From: a virus
Lineage: Duplodnaviria; Caudoviricetes
DNA length: 36,344 nucleotides
Virus record (IMG/VR): IMGVR_UViG_3300021364_000072
Coordinates: 1 to 36,344 of that record
Reading direction: 5' to 3' (one strand)
Positions 27,261 to 34,698 of the stretch are shown piece after piece. The translations under genes and the position numbers were made by a program. The stretch's first letter is position 1, and each line of letters opens with the position of its first letter. Below the pieces are notes generated by a model. The model ran no database searches. It was given only the letters and a program-made list of their open reading frames with translations, and was not told the origin of the DNA.

Positions 27261-27643
27261 AATAAATCCTCAGGTGTTTCTCTATAAACTCTATAACTAT
27301 CTTCATCAAAGTGTTCAGTCGAAACCTCAAATACAATTGAGTTATCTTCTAATGAAATTAACTGATGAGGTAATCCTCTTTCAATTAAAACACTATCACC
27401 CTTCTCTAAAGTTTTACCTTCTAATTTTCCATCTTCTACATTCAACCAATTAAATTGAAATCTTCCTTCTTGTACATACCAACTTTCTTTTTTCTTTAAG
27501 TGGTAATGCATTGAAAATCTATTTCGTTCTTTTGTGAATACCAATAATTTCCCACAATACTCTTCATCGTTGTGAATCCATAGTTCATATCCCCAATTCT
27601 TTTCTACTCTCTTAGGAGCTTTAATATCTACATCTATAATCAT
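27257..27643 (-). CDS. Cupin-domain protein (mannose-6-phosphate isomerase-like)
   Basis: VEKNWGYE, SMHYHLKKKESWYVQEG and GLPHQL cupin metal motifs. Confidence 0.85.
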   Translation of the reverse strand: MIIDVDIKAPKRVEKNWGYELWIHNDEEYCGKLLVFTKERNRFSMHYHLKKKESWYVQEGRFQFNWLNVEDGKLEGKTLEKGDSVLIERGLPHQLISLEDNSIVFEVSTEHFDEDSYRVYRETPEDLL

Positions 27644-28593
27644 TCTGCGTAACTTTGTGTGTTTAACAATCCACTATAAGCACATACACTTTCTCTTGCA
27701 ACAAACGGCATAATAGCCAATTCCTTTGCTTTAGCTTCTACCATTACATCAACATTGGTTCCATATAGGTTTGGTAATTCATTGATATAATCTGAGTGTG
27801 CTTGTGGTTTTAATTTATCATTCTCTTCGTGTAATGCTTTACTTTCAGAGTAATGAACAATAGGTTTAATATCTTTTGGCCAAGTTGAGATTGCTAATCT
27901 TAATGCTTCTTCTTCACTCAATCCACCAGTATTGAATTTGTGGTGATGGTAATCAAATACAATAGGGATACCAATTTTTTCATGCAAATACATCAAGTCT
28001 TTTACTGAATACATTGATGCTTTATCATCGTTCTCAACAGTCAATCTACTTTTTACCGAATCAGATAATCTTTCAAAGTTCTTACAAAATCTATCCATAG
28101 CTGATTTCTTATCTCCATAAACACCATTACAATGAATGTTGATTTTGTTATAATGTGATTTTTCTAATCCTAACAAATCAAAAATCTTACCATGCATTTC
28201 TAAATCAGTAATTGTATTTTCTACTACATTCTCTCTTGGAGATACTAATACGTTAAATGGACCAGGATGTGATGTAATTCTAATTCCATTTTGTTTTGCA
28301 TAATGACCACAGCCTTCTAACATTGTCTTAATTCTTAGATAATGTGGTGATTTTTCAATATCATACTCAGAACCCCAAGGAAACATTTCAGATGATAATC
28401 TGAATAGTTTTATTCCGTTTTTATTATTCCATTTTAAAATATGAAATAAATCTCTTGCATTTTGTAACCCCAATTCAGTTGCGTATTCAACACCCCTTTC
28501 TAAGAATGTTCTTTTAATCATAGAACGATTGGTAGTTATTTTTGGTTTTTGACCCGATAGAGTCATATTAATACAAGCGTATCCTAAATTCAT
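27640..28593 (-). CDS. uvsE: UV DNA damage endonuclease
   Basis: LGYACIN, FRLSS, HPGPF, NIHCNG, LTVENDD, VFDYHHH, VHYS, AHSD and VEAKAKELA. Confidence 0.96.
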   Translation of the reverse strand: MNLGYACINMTLSGQKPKITTNRSMIKRTFLERGVEYATELGLQNARDLFHILKWNNKNGIKLFRLSSEMFPWGSEYDIEKSPHYLRIKTMLEGCGHYAKQNGIRITSHPGPFNVLVSPRENVVENTITDLEMHGKIFDLLGLEKSHYNKINIHCNGVYGDKKSAMDRFCKNFERLSDSVKSRLTVENDDKASMYSVKDLMYLHEKIGIPIVFDYHHHKFNTGGLSEEEALRLAISTWPKDIKPIVHYSESKALHEENDKLKPQAHSDYINELPNLYGTNVDVMVEAKAKELAIMPFVARESVCAYSGLLNTQSYAE

Positions 28594-28622
28594 CTTTTGT
28601 ATGATTTCTTATTTGTTATAAA

Positions 28623-28654
28623 CAAATATACGAAATTATTTTCAAAAAACCAAA
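28623..28654 (-). promoter_or_regulatory. Bacteroidota sigma-A-type promoter for the uvsE operon
   Basis: Minus strand reads TTTG-N20-TATATTTG, an exact consensus match. Confidence 0.8.
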
Positions 28655-28660
28655 TTATTT

Positions 28661-30055
28661 TTAATAAGTTTTAGAATCGAAATCAGTAGGATAGTTTGTA
28701 TCCTTTTCATTTTTGATATAAGTTAACCAATAGTTTACTGCGTTTTGGTTATTTATCCATTTACTTCTATCACCCCAATTGAAATCAGGTCTAGCATAAT
28801 ATGGTTTGGTTGCTGCTACATACTTTGCTCTCATAGATGATGAAGGAACTGGTTCATCAATTAACCCATCACCACTATTATCATATCCATCAATAGTACC
28901 ATCACCATCAATATCAACACCTCGTCTTTTTGTATCTTTTTTTAACTCAACACCACCAACAACTACAGTTTCATCAACTTTTTTTTTTAAATCTTCTGCA
29001 GCTTCTTTTAACTCTTCGTTGGGTTCTGATTCTTTTTCGGATTCTTCTACAATTTTTGAAATATCCTTTGGTGATAAATCAGATACCATATCATTCATTA
29101 CCATATCCAATGCATGGTCTTCATCAAACTCTTCTTCTGTTGGTGGAGCAAATCCTCTTGCTTCATCTGGTAAGGTTTTTTCGTTTTCTTCTTCAACAAT
29201 TTCTTCTTCAGTTACTTCATCATATAACTCTCTTTTACGAATTACCTTTTGTTTATCAACAACTCCTTTATCAACTTTCAAAGCATTATTAAATGCAACA
29301 ACCAATGCTACTGCTAATGGGTCGAATACAAAGATAATAATAAGAATAAACCAATTAATAATTTGGTCCATTGGTTTATCCAATAATCCGCTAAGGTATT
29401 GTAAAGGACCTAGTTCTGATGAAACACCTTCCGATGATTCAACATCCAATATTTTTAATTGAATAGATTGTAATGAATCAGCTGCTACTTCTCTTTTTGC
29501 TTGAACCCCTTTACGATTCTCTTCTTCAACTGATATTCGTTGTTGTGATAATCTTAATTCGGTTGTTGAAATAGTATTTCTAAATCCAGTTGTTGATGAA
29601 GTATCTCTAACTTGAATAGAACTTGCTTTAGCATTTGATAGTGTTGCTATATTATCTGATATTCTTTCTAACTCTACATCATATCGAGCTACATCATCTC
29701 CCCAAAACTTTTCTTTTTGTTTTAGAAATGATAATTGTTTTTCTTGAACACTAAACTGATTAAATGTATCTTGAAATGCCGATGTAAGGAATCCGTAGAT
29801 ACCCAATGATGTAATTAGTATTAAAATAACCACTGCTCCACTTAGATAGATTCTAAATGTTTTGTTTATCTTTTCCCAATAGTTGTAAAGATATCCAGCC
29901 GTAATTAATTTAGCTAATTCCAATGAACTTGCCATTATCATAACGGAGAATGCTGCTCCTGCAAATAGTTTAGATAAACCACTTACGGAGAAGAATGCTG
30001 CGTTAAATGCTACGAACAACGCAGATAACCCCAATAATAGTGTTCTGAATTTCAT
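28661..30055 (-). CDS. Multi-pass membrane protein with a coiled-coil loop and an acidic tail carrying tandem Dx[DN]xDG-type motifs
   Basis: Three N-terminal TMs, a coiled coil, TM WFILIIIFVFDPLAVALVVA, then DIDGDGTIDGYDNSGDGLIDE. Confidence 0.8.
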   Translation of the reverse strand: MKFRTLLLGLSALFVAFNAAFFSVSGLSKLFAGAAFSVMIMASSLELAKLITAGYLYNYWEKINKTFRIYLSGAVVILILITSLGIYGFLTSAFQDTFNQFSVQEKQLSFLKQKEKFWGDDVARYDVELERISDNIATLSNAKASSIQVRDTSSTTGFRNTISTTELRLSQQRISVEEENRKGVQAKREVAADSLQSIQLKILDVESSEGVSSELGPLQYLSGLLDKPMDQIINWFILIIIFVFDPLAVALVVAFNNALKVDKGVVDKQKVIRKRELYDEVTEEEIVEEENEKTLPDEARGFAPPTEEEFDEDHALDMVMNDMVSDLSPKDISKIVEESEKESEPNEELKEAAEDLKKKVDETVVVGGVELKKDTKRRGVDIDGDGTIDGYDNSGDGLIDEPVPSSSMRAKYVAATKPYYARPDFNWGDRSKWINNQNAVNYWLTYIKNEKDTNYPTDFDSKTY

Positions 30056-30068
30056 TTGAGGTAGAACG

Positions 30069-30242
30069 TTACTTAATTAGATTGCGAGATAACTCGAGTA
30101 ACTTATCAATTTTTTTTGTTAACGATATTGCATCTTTTTGATTAGATGGTCTTTTTCCTTCTAACATCTCTTGGATTACTTTATTAGAATTTTCTATTCC
30201 ATCCAAATGAGATAATACCATTTCTTTGTATTCTGGTTTCAT
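30069..30242 (-). CDS. Hypothetical protein (57 aa), not in the ORF track
   Basis: Hand translation MKPEYKEMVLSHLDGIENSNKVIQEMLEGKRPSNQKDAISLTKKIDKLLELSRNLIK. Preceded by ATATTTATA. Confidence 0.75.
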   Translation of the reverse strand: MKPEYKEMVLSHLDGIENSNKVIQEMLEGKRPSNQKDAISLTKKIDKLLELSRNLIK

Positions 30243-30265
30243 AAATAACTTTGTTTGTTAATATA

Positions 30266-30274
30266 TATAAATAT
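30266..30274 (-). promoter_or_regulatory. Putative late promoter motif ATATTTATA
   Basis: 23 nt upstream of ATG 30242, just after a terminator. Confidence 0.65.
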
Positions 30275-30283
30275 AAGAAAATG

Positions 30284-30310
30284 AAAAAAGGGAGATTTTT
30301 TAACCTCCCC
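30284..30310 (-). terminator. Rho-independent terminator after hsp20
   Basis: Minus strand reads GGGAGGTT-AAAA-AATCTCCC followed by TTTTTT. Confidence 0.75.
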
Positions 30311-30334
30311 TTTACTGAACTAACACCACTAAAA

Positions 30335-30697
30335 TTAAAATTTAATCTTAACTTTTTTGGATTTTCTTTCTTCTTTTTTATCCAAAAGAATGGTAAGTAA
30401 ACCATTTTCAATGGATGCTTCGGCAGAAGTTCCATCGTAATCTTTTCCCACTTTAAATCTTAGATTTACATTACCAACTACCGCATTTACGTTTTCAGTT
30501 TCTGCTTTAATTGTAATTAAATCGTCTGTAACATTTAATTCAACATCTTTAGGATTATGCCCTACAACATTGATTAGGAGTTTTTGTTTTCCATCTTCAG
30601 TTGTAATAGAATAATTACCTTGTTGGTGATTAATTTGAAGTGGTTTGAATCCTCTATCAAACACATCATCAAATAAGTTGTCAATTGTATAAATCAT
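30335..30697 (-). CDS. Small heat shock protein (Hsp20/alpha-crystallin)
   Basis: INVVGHNPKDVELNVTDDLITIKA and ASIENGLLTILLDK...KKVKI. Confidence 0.88.
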   Translation of the reverse strand: MIYTIDNLFDDVFDRGFKPLQINHQQGNYSITTEDGKQKLLINVVGHNPKDVELNVTDDLITIKAETENVNAVVGNVNLRFKVGKDYDGTSAEASIENGLLTILLDKKEERKSKKVKIKF

Positions 30698-30737
30698 ATT
30701 TTTTATTTTTTAAGTTAAACATACAATCTATATATTA

Positions 30738-30814
30738 CCAAATCTATACCAATTCTTTTTAAATGACATTTTGTCAGTTATACTAAAAGTTTTCTGAATA
30801 ATTGTCAGTTATAC
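30738..30814 (-). promoter_or_regulatory. hsp20 upstream control region: TGACA-N3-TGTCA palindrome, 13-bp direct repeat and sigma54-like TGGTATAGATTTGG box
   Basis: Palindrome at 30764-30776, TTGTCAGTTATAC at 30771-30783 and 30802-30814, and the box at 30751-30738. Confidence 0.55.
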
Positions 30815-31469
30815 CCATCTTTTTCTTATATTCAGAGTTTTCAATAGCTGTACTCATATGGTCAGCCCAATGAATAATCAATGGAAGATTTGTTTTAAGT
30901 TGAAAATCTTCATTATATGATATCCAATATTTTTTAGTTGCTTCATTATACAACCCATCAGCCATATGAATACCCAATTGTTCTTTCTGAGTATATTTGA
31001 TTCCATATTGATTTAATAACCAAAATGCTCTATCGGTTACATCAAAGTATTGTAACTTTGGATTATGAGCAAAATATGATTTTTTATTTTTCATATGCCA
31101 CTCTGATTGTTCTGGTAGATAGTATGGTTCTTTACCATCACCCAACTTTCCTAAATCGTGGTGGAAAGCTGCAAATAATAATTCTTCATCAGTAAAGTTC
31201 ACAATACCACCACCCTCTTCAAACATCTTTTTTATTTTATAAGCATTTCTAGCTACATTCATTACGTGGTCAATATAACCACCAACATAACAACTATGAA
31301 AGTTAAGTTTTCCACTGGCGGGTGCAATTGCTAACTCCGTTCCCAATTCTTCTGGAGAATACATATGGAGAAGTTTTTCTAATCGTTCTCCAGTAAACAC
31401 TTTTTTAATAGCTTCTATAAACTTATTATAGTTTGCTTCTAATTGTTCTTCGGTGTAATTTCTAATCAT
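30783..31469 (-). CDS. HD-domain phosphohydrolase (YhaM-like HD domain)
   Basis: APAS...FHSCYVGGYIDH...HHDLGK...HWADH. Confidence 0.88.
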   Translation of the reverse strand: MIRNYTEEQLEANYNKFIEAIKKVFTGERLEKLLHMYSPEELGTELAIAPASGKLNFHSCYVGGYIDHVMNVARNAYKIKKMFEEGGGIVNFTDEELLFAAFHHDLGKLGDGKEPYYLPEQSEWHMKNKKSYFAHNPKLQYFDVTDRAFWLLNQYGIKYTQKEQLGIHMADGLYNEATKKYWISYNEDFQLKTNLPLIIHWADHMSTAIENSEYKKKMGITDNYSENF

Positions 31470-31840
31470 TCTTCTATATATTTTGATGTTAGTGCTCTAT
31501 ATAATATTTCTAATTCTTCTTCAGTTGTACAAAATCCAAGTCCATCGAAATCTAATATCTCAATAAAATATTGACCTGGCTTCAATCCCATATTTCGTAA
31601 CTCCATATCATCATCAGATGAATTGGTTACAAATCTTGGTGCGTATTTATCCGTTCTTTCTTTCGGAATTGGTATAGTCCAAAAGTATGGTTTATCTAAT
31701 TCATCACCCTCTTCAACATCTTCTCTATTTTCAATGAAATCAGGTGTACCATTATAATCATTTGTTATATGTTTTGACCAACCCTGCCTTTTAAAAGTTT
31801 CATCGGTTAGTGGTGTTGCTTGTAATCTTACCTTTCTCAT
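31466..31840 (-). CDS. Hypothetical protein
   Basis: 124-aa ORF with ATGA overlaps on both sides. Confidence 0.75.
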   Translation of the reverse strand: MRKVRLQATPLTDETFKRQGWSKHITNDYNGTPDFIENREDVEEGDELDKPYFWTIPIPKERTDKYAPRFVTNSSDDDMELRNMGLKPGQYFIEILDFDGLGFCTTEEELEILYRALTSKYIEE

Positions 31841-32385
31841 TCTAATATGATTCTAATAGTTTCTTCTAAATCTTCAAATCTTGCTTTAACGATAAGTGTA
31901 TCTCCTACCATTTCATCTATTGGTGCAATTACTGTATTTATTTCTCCACCAGTTCCACTATATGAAAACTCATTTATAGTAGGTACAATGGTTCCAGCAA
32001 ATCCAGTTACATAAGTTGTATCTACATCTACCCAATCACCTAATACATTTATAGTTCTTCGAATGAATACATAAGCAGTATCATTTAAAGTCCATTGATG
32101 TGATGATTCCCATTCAACTAATTGTGGATATGGTTCTTCTCCATTGTTCAAAAGTTTACCTGTAATTCTATGAATTGTTTGAATAGAATTATCAGTTGAA
32201 TTTAATTCTAATTTATATAAACCCTCATTAGTTGTATCTAGTCTACCATCTAACTCCATTGTGTAATTATCGGGTAAATCTGATAATGGGTCATCCGTAC
32301 AAGATGTTAATGTTCCTAATAACATTAGTGAATAAAAAACTAATGCAAACTTTAATAAAAAATTTATACTATCGAATTGTTTCAT
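31837..32385 (-). CDS. Lipoprotein (signal peptidase II type), beta-rich
   Basis: Start moved to ATG 32385 (ATGA overlap with the upstream stop). Hydrophobic h-region and lipobox LTS-C followed by TDD. Confidence 0.75.
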   Translation of the reverse strand: MKQFDSINFLLKFALVFYSLMLLGTLTSCTDDPLSDLPDNYTMELDGRLDTTNEGLYKLELNSTDNSIQTIHRITGKLLNNGEEPYPQLVEWESSHQWTLNDTAYVFIRRTINVLGDWVDVDTTYVTGFAGTIVPTINEFSYSGTGGEINTVIAPIDEMVGDTLIVKARFEDLEETIRIILE

Positions 32386-32867
32386 AATAAGTAATCTAAA
32401 ATAGAATCCCAATCAGGGTATTCGTTTGGCTTGTTATCGTTTTCCCAATCGTATCCGAATCTTAACAACTCACCACCAAACTCACCAGCACCATTCTTCA
32501 ATCTATCATCGATTAGGTAATCACCCATCAATAAATCTTTTCTGTGAGTGGTAAATAATCTTTTGTGAAAGATATTATCGAAGTAATCTTCTAACCAAAA
32601 TCTTTTATCAGTAAGAGATTGAGGATTACCCCAAGGAGCAGAAGTGGCGATGAATAATTCATACTTACCACTATTGTGTAATTTTTTAATAGCTTCAATA
32701 GCTCCTTTGATAGGAGGTGCGATTCTAAATAAACCTTGAATGTGGTCAGGATGAGTTTTATATCTTTCTTCTAAATGTGGATGTTTTTCAAACCAATCTT
32801 TGATTGCTTTTCCGAAGTCAACAATAACTCCATCCATATCTATGTAAACTATTTTCTTTTTATTCAT
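32382..32867 (-). CDS. 5'(3')-deoxyribonucleotidase (NT5C, HAD superfamily)
   Basis: YIDMDGVIVDF, ATSAPW, KRFWL and LIDD motifs. Confidence 0.9.
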   Translation of the reverse strand: MNKKKIVYIDMDGVIVDFGKAIKDWFEKHPHLEERYKTHPDHIQGLFRIAPPIKGAIEAIKKLHNSGKYELFIATSAPWGNPQSLTDKRFWLEDYFDNIFHKRLFTTHRKDLLMGDYLIDDRLKNGAGEFGGELLRFGYDWENDNKPNEYPDWDSILDYLL

Positions 32868-32906
32868 TGATTATTTTAAGGATTAAACTATCACTCATTA
32901 ACAGGT

Positions 32907-32938
32907 CTAATATACGAAATCTTTTTGAATCATGCAAG
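32907..32938 (-). promoter_or_regulatory. Host-type (early) promoter, copy 1 of a conserved promoter-leader repeat
   Basis: Minus strand reads CTTG-N20-TATATTAG. The leader resembles that at 33512-33560. Confidence 0.65.
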
Positions 32939-32949
32939 CTTTTTCTCAA

Positions 32950-33177
32950 TTATTTTAACCATAAATTATATACATAATCGTATGGTTTGTTTAGTTGATT
33001 TGCTAGTTCTGAGAACAATCTTTCTCTTACTAAACTATCGTAAACACCAATGTATTTGTAAACATCATCTCCACCAAATAATTCGGTAACTAAACCAGCA
33101 AACGTAATATTATCGTTTAGTTCAATTCCCAACTCATCAGTTGGATATTCATTTAAATAAAATTCTTTAATATTCAT
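32950..33177 (-). CDS. Hypothetical protein
   Basis: 75-aa ORF in the early gene cluster. Confidence 0.75.
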   Translation of the reverse strand: MNIKEFYLNEYPTDELGIELNDNITFAGLVTELFGGDDVYKYIGVYDSLVRERLFSELANQLNKPYDYVYNLWLK

Positions 33178-33193
33178 ATCGTTTATAATTTAA

Positions 33194-33505
33194 TTACACT
33201 AAATAATTTGGTCCGTAGTAACTCCAACTATCAGTACCATCAAAGATGTTACCTCTACTATGTTTAGCAGGAGAACTCCATCCTGCAGGCTTTAATAAAT
33301 CTCCCTTACAAACAAGAGAACCTTTATTCACTCCTTCCCACATGGAAACGAATCCCCATACTGAGGTTCCATCTATAAGTTTAATGTACTTTCTACCCTT
33401 CTCTACTTTGAGGGGTTCATAAGGTTTATAAGAAAATTTTTCATCCCAATAATTTTTTCTTTCTTCGTTAACTTTTTCAAGCCACAAATCAAATTTACTT
33501 TTCAT
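33194..33505 (-). CDS. Conserved phage hypothetical protein (GRKYIK...GDLLKPAGW..PAK..RGNI family)
   Basis: Motif pattern recurs among small early genes of large phages (recognised from memory). Confidence 0.75.
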   Translation of the reverse strand: MKSKFDLWLEKVNEERKNYWDEKFSYKPYEPLKVEKGRKYIKLIDGTSVWGFVSMWEGVNKGSLVCKGDLLKPAGWSSPAKHSRGNIFDGTDSWSYYGPNYLV

Positions 33506-33547
33506 ATTTAGTGTTTTAAGGTTTAACTCTTTAACTCAATTACAGTA

Positions 33548-33579
33548 CTAACATACGAAAAAAAGTTGAGAAATCCAAG
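33548..33579 (-). promoter_or_regulatory. Host-type (early) promoter, copy 2
   Basis: Minus strand reads CTTG-N20-TATGTTAG. Confidence 0.65.
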
Positions 33580-33597
33580 GAAAACTCAACTTTTTTT
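33558..33597. terminator. 13-bp inverted repeat (terminator after phoH and/or operator)
   Basis: AAAAAAAGTTGAG-N14-CTCAACTTTTTTT. Confidence 0.6.
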
Positions 33598-33619
33598 TAG
33601 TAAATTTTAATAAATTTTT

Positions 33620-34282
33620 CTATTGATAGGCGCTTAATAATCTAAGTAATTCATCTAATGCCTCATGTCTATGATTATCCATTAGATGAGTATAATAAAC
33701 AAATTGCGAATCCTTTAATTTAGGAACTTCATGTATTGCTGAATCATTAGCAAACTTTAAATCGATTTGTTGTGGGTCTCCAGTTAGAATCATTGTAGAA
33801 CCTTTACCTAATCTACCTAACACCATTCCTAATTGAGATTTTGTTAGGTTTTGAAATTCATCAACTATTACAATAGAGTGTTCAAATGTTCTACCCCTGA
33901 AGTGAGATAATGATACTAGTTCAATATTCTCATCCTTTTCCATCTTTTCCAAAATGGCTGGTTTGTTATATACCTTTCTCATATTGGAACGAATTGGTAC
34001 TAACCAAGGTTCCATCTTTTCATCTAAAGAACCTGGTAAATAACCATTATCTTCATTAGATACAGTAGGTCTTGTTATTACAATTTTATTTACCTTTCTT
34101 GTAAAAAACATATCCAATGCTATTTGTACTGCTAATAACGTTTTTCCAGAACCAGCTTTTCCTTGTATAAAATTGTAAGGGTGATAAAGGATTGCTGTTT
34201 TTGCTAACTTTTGTTCATCTGATAAGGTTAGATTAAATTTAATCTTTCCTTTAGGTGGAACCTTCTTAATGTTCTCTGCCAT
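33620..34282 (-). CDS. phoH: PhoH-family ATPase
   Basis: GKAGSGKT, ITRP, GYLPG..EKM.PW, FRGRTF, VDEFQN, RLG, TGDPQQID and HRH. Confidence 0.95.
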   Translation of the reverse strand: MAENIKKVPPKGKIKFNLTLSDEQKLAKTAILYHPYNFIQGKAGSGKTLLAVQIALDMFFTRKVNKIVITRPTVSNEDNGYLPGSLDEKMEPWLVPIRSNMRKVYNKPAILEKMEKDENIELVSLSHFRGRTFEHSIVIVDEFQNLTKSQLGMVLGRLGKGSTMILTGDPQQIDLKFANDSAIHEVPKLKDSQFVYYTHLMDNHRHEALDELLRLLSAYQ

Positions 34283-34286
34283 TTTT

Positions 34287-34646
34287 TTAATTAATAGTTG
34301 TTATTTTATGCGATTTTTTAGTTAGAGATTTTCGTTTTGGTTTAATTGTTTTTTCATAATTTACAATCTCAGCACAAATTTCGTACTTCTCCATTCGTTC
34401 ACATAAATGTAATAGTCGGTGTAACGCCAACATATAATCCTTCTTTTCTACTACCGCTACAATATCGTGAATAGTAAACTCAATCAATACTATTGATGGT
34501 AAACTATTTTTGTGTGCATCGATAAGAAGGGCTAAGGTTTGGTTAAGGAATTCATCTCCGTAGTCATACAAATACTCATTCAATGTGGTATTATTGAGAG
34601 AGATATATTTTCTCCAATCAACATTTGCTAATGGTCGTTTCTTCAT
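34287..34646 (-). CDS. Hypothetical protein with a UVR-like motif
   Basis: 119 aa. EKYEICAEI resembles the UvrB/C helical hairpin. Confidence 0.65.
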   Translation of the reverse strand: MKKRPLANVDWRKYISLNNTTLNEYLYDYGDEFLNQTLALLIDAHKNSLPSIVLIEFTIHDIVAVVEKKDYMLALHRLLHLCERMEKYEICAEIVNYEKTIKPKRKSLTKKSHKITTIN

Positions 34647-34674
34647 AAAACCTGAAATGTTTAAGTGTTACTAT

Positions 34675-34683
34675 TATAAATAT
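34675..34683 (-). promoter_or_regulatory. Putative late promoter motif ATATTTATA
   Basis: 28 nt upstream of ATG 34646, heading the phoH operon. Confidence 0.6.
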
Positions 34684-34698
34684 AAGGAAGGATTGATT

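Noticed and set aside
28979-28991. A10 homopolymer / T-TTA-AAA slippery site in the 464-aa gene
   Set aside because: The ORF continues in frame with a meaningful C-terminus, no stimulatory structure was seen, and such runs are expected at this AT content.
30184-30435. 83-aa minus-strand ORF
   Set aside because: It overlaps hsp20, its terminator, a promoter motif and the 57-aa gene.
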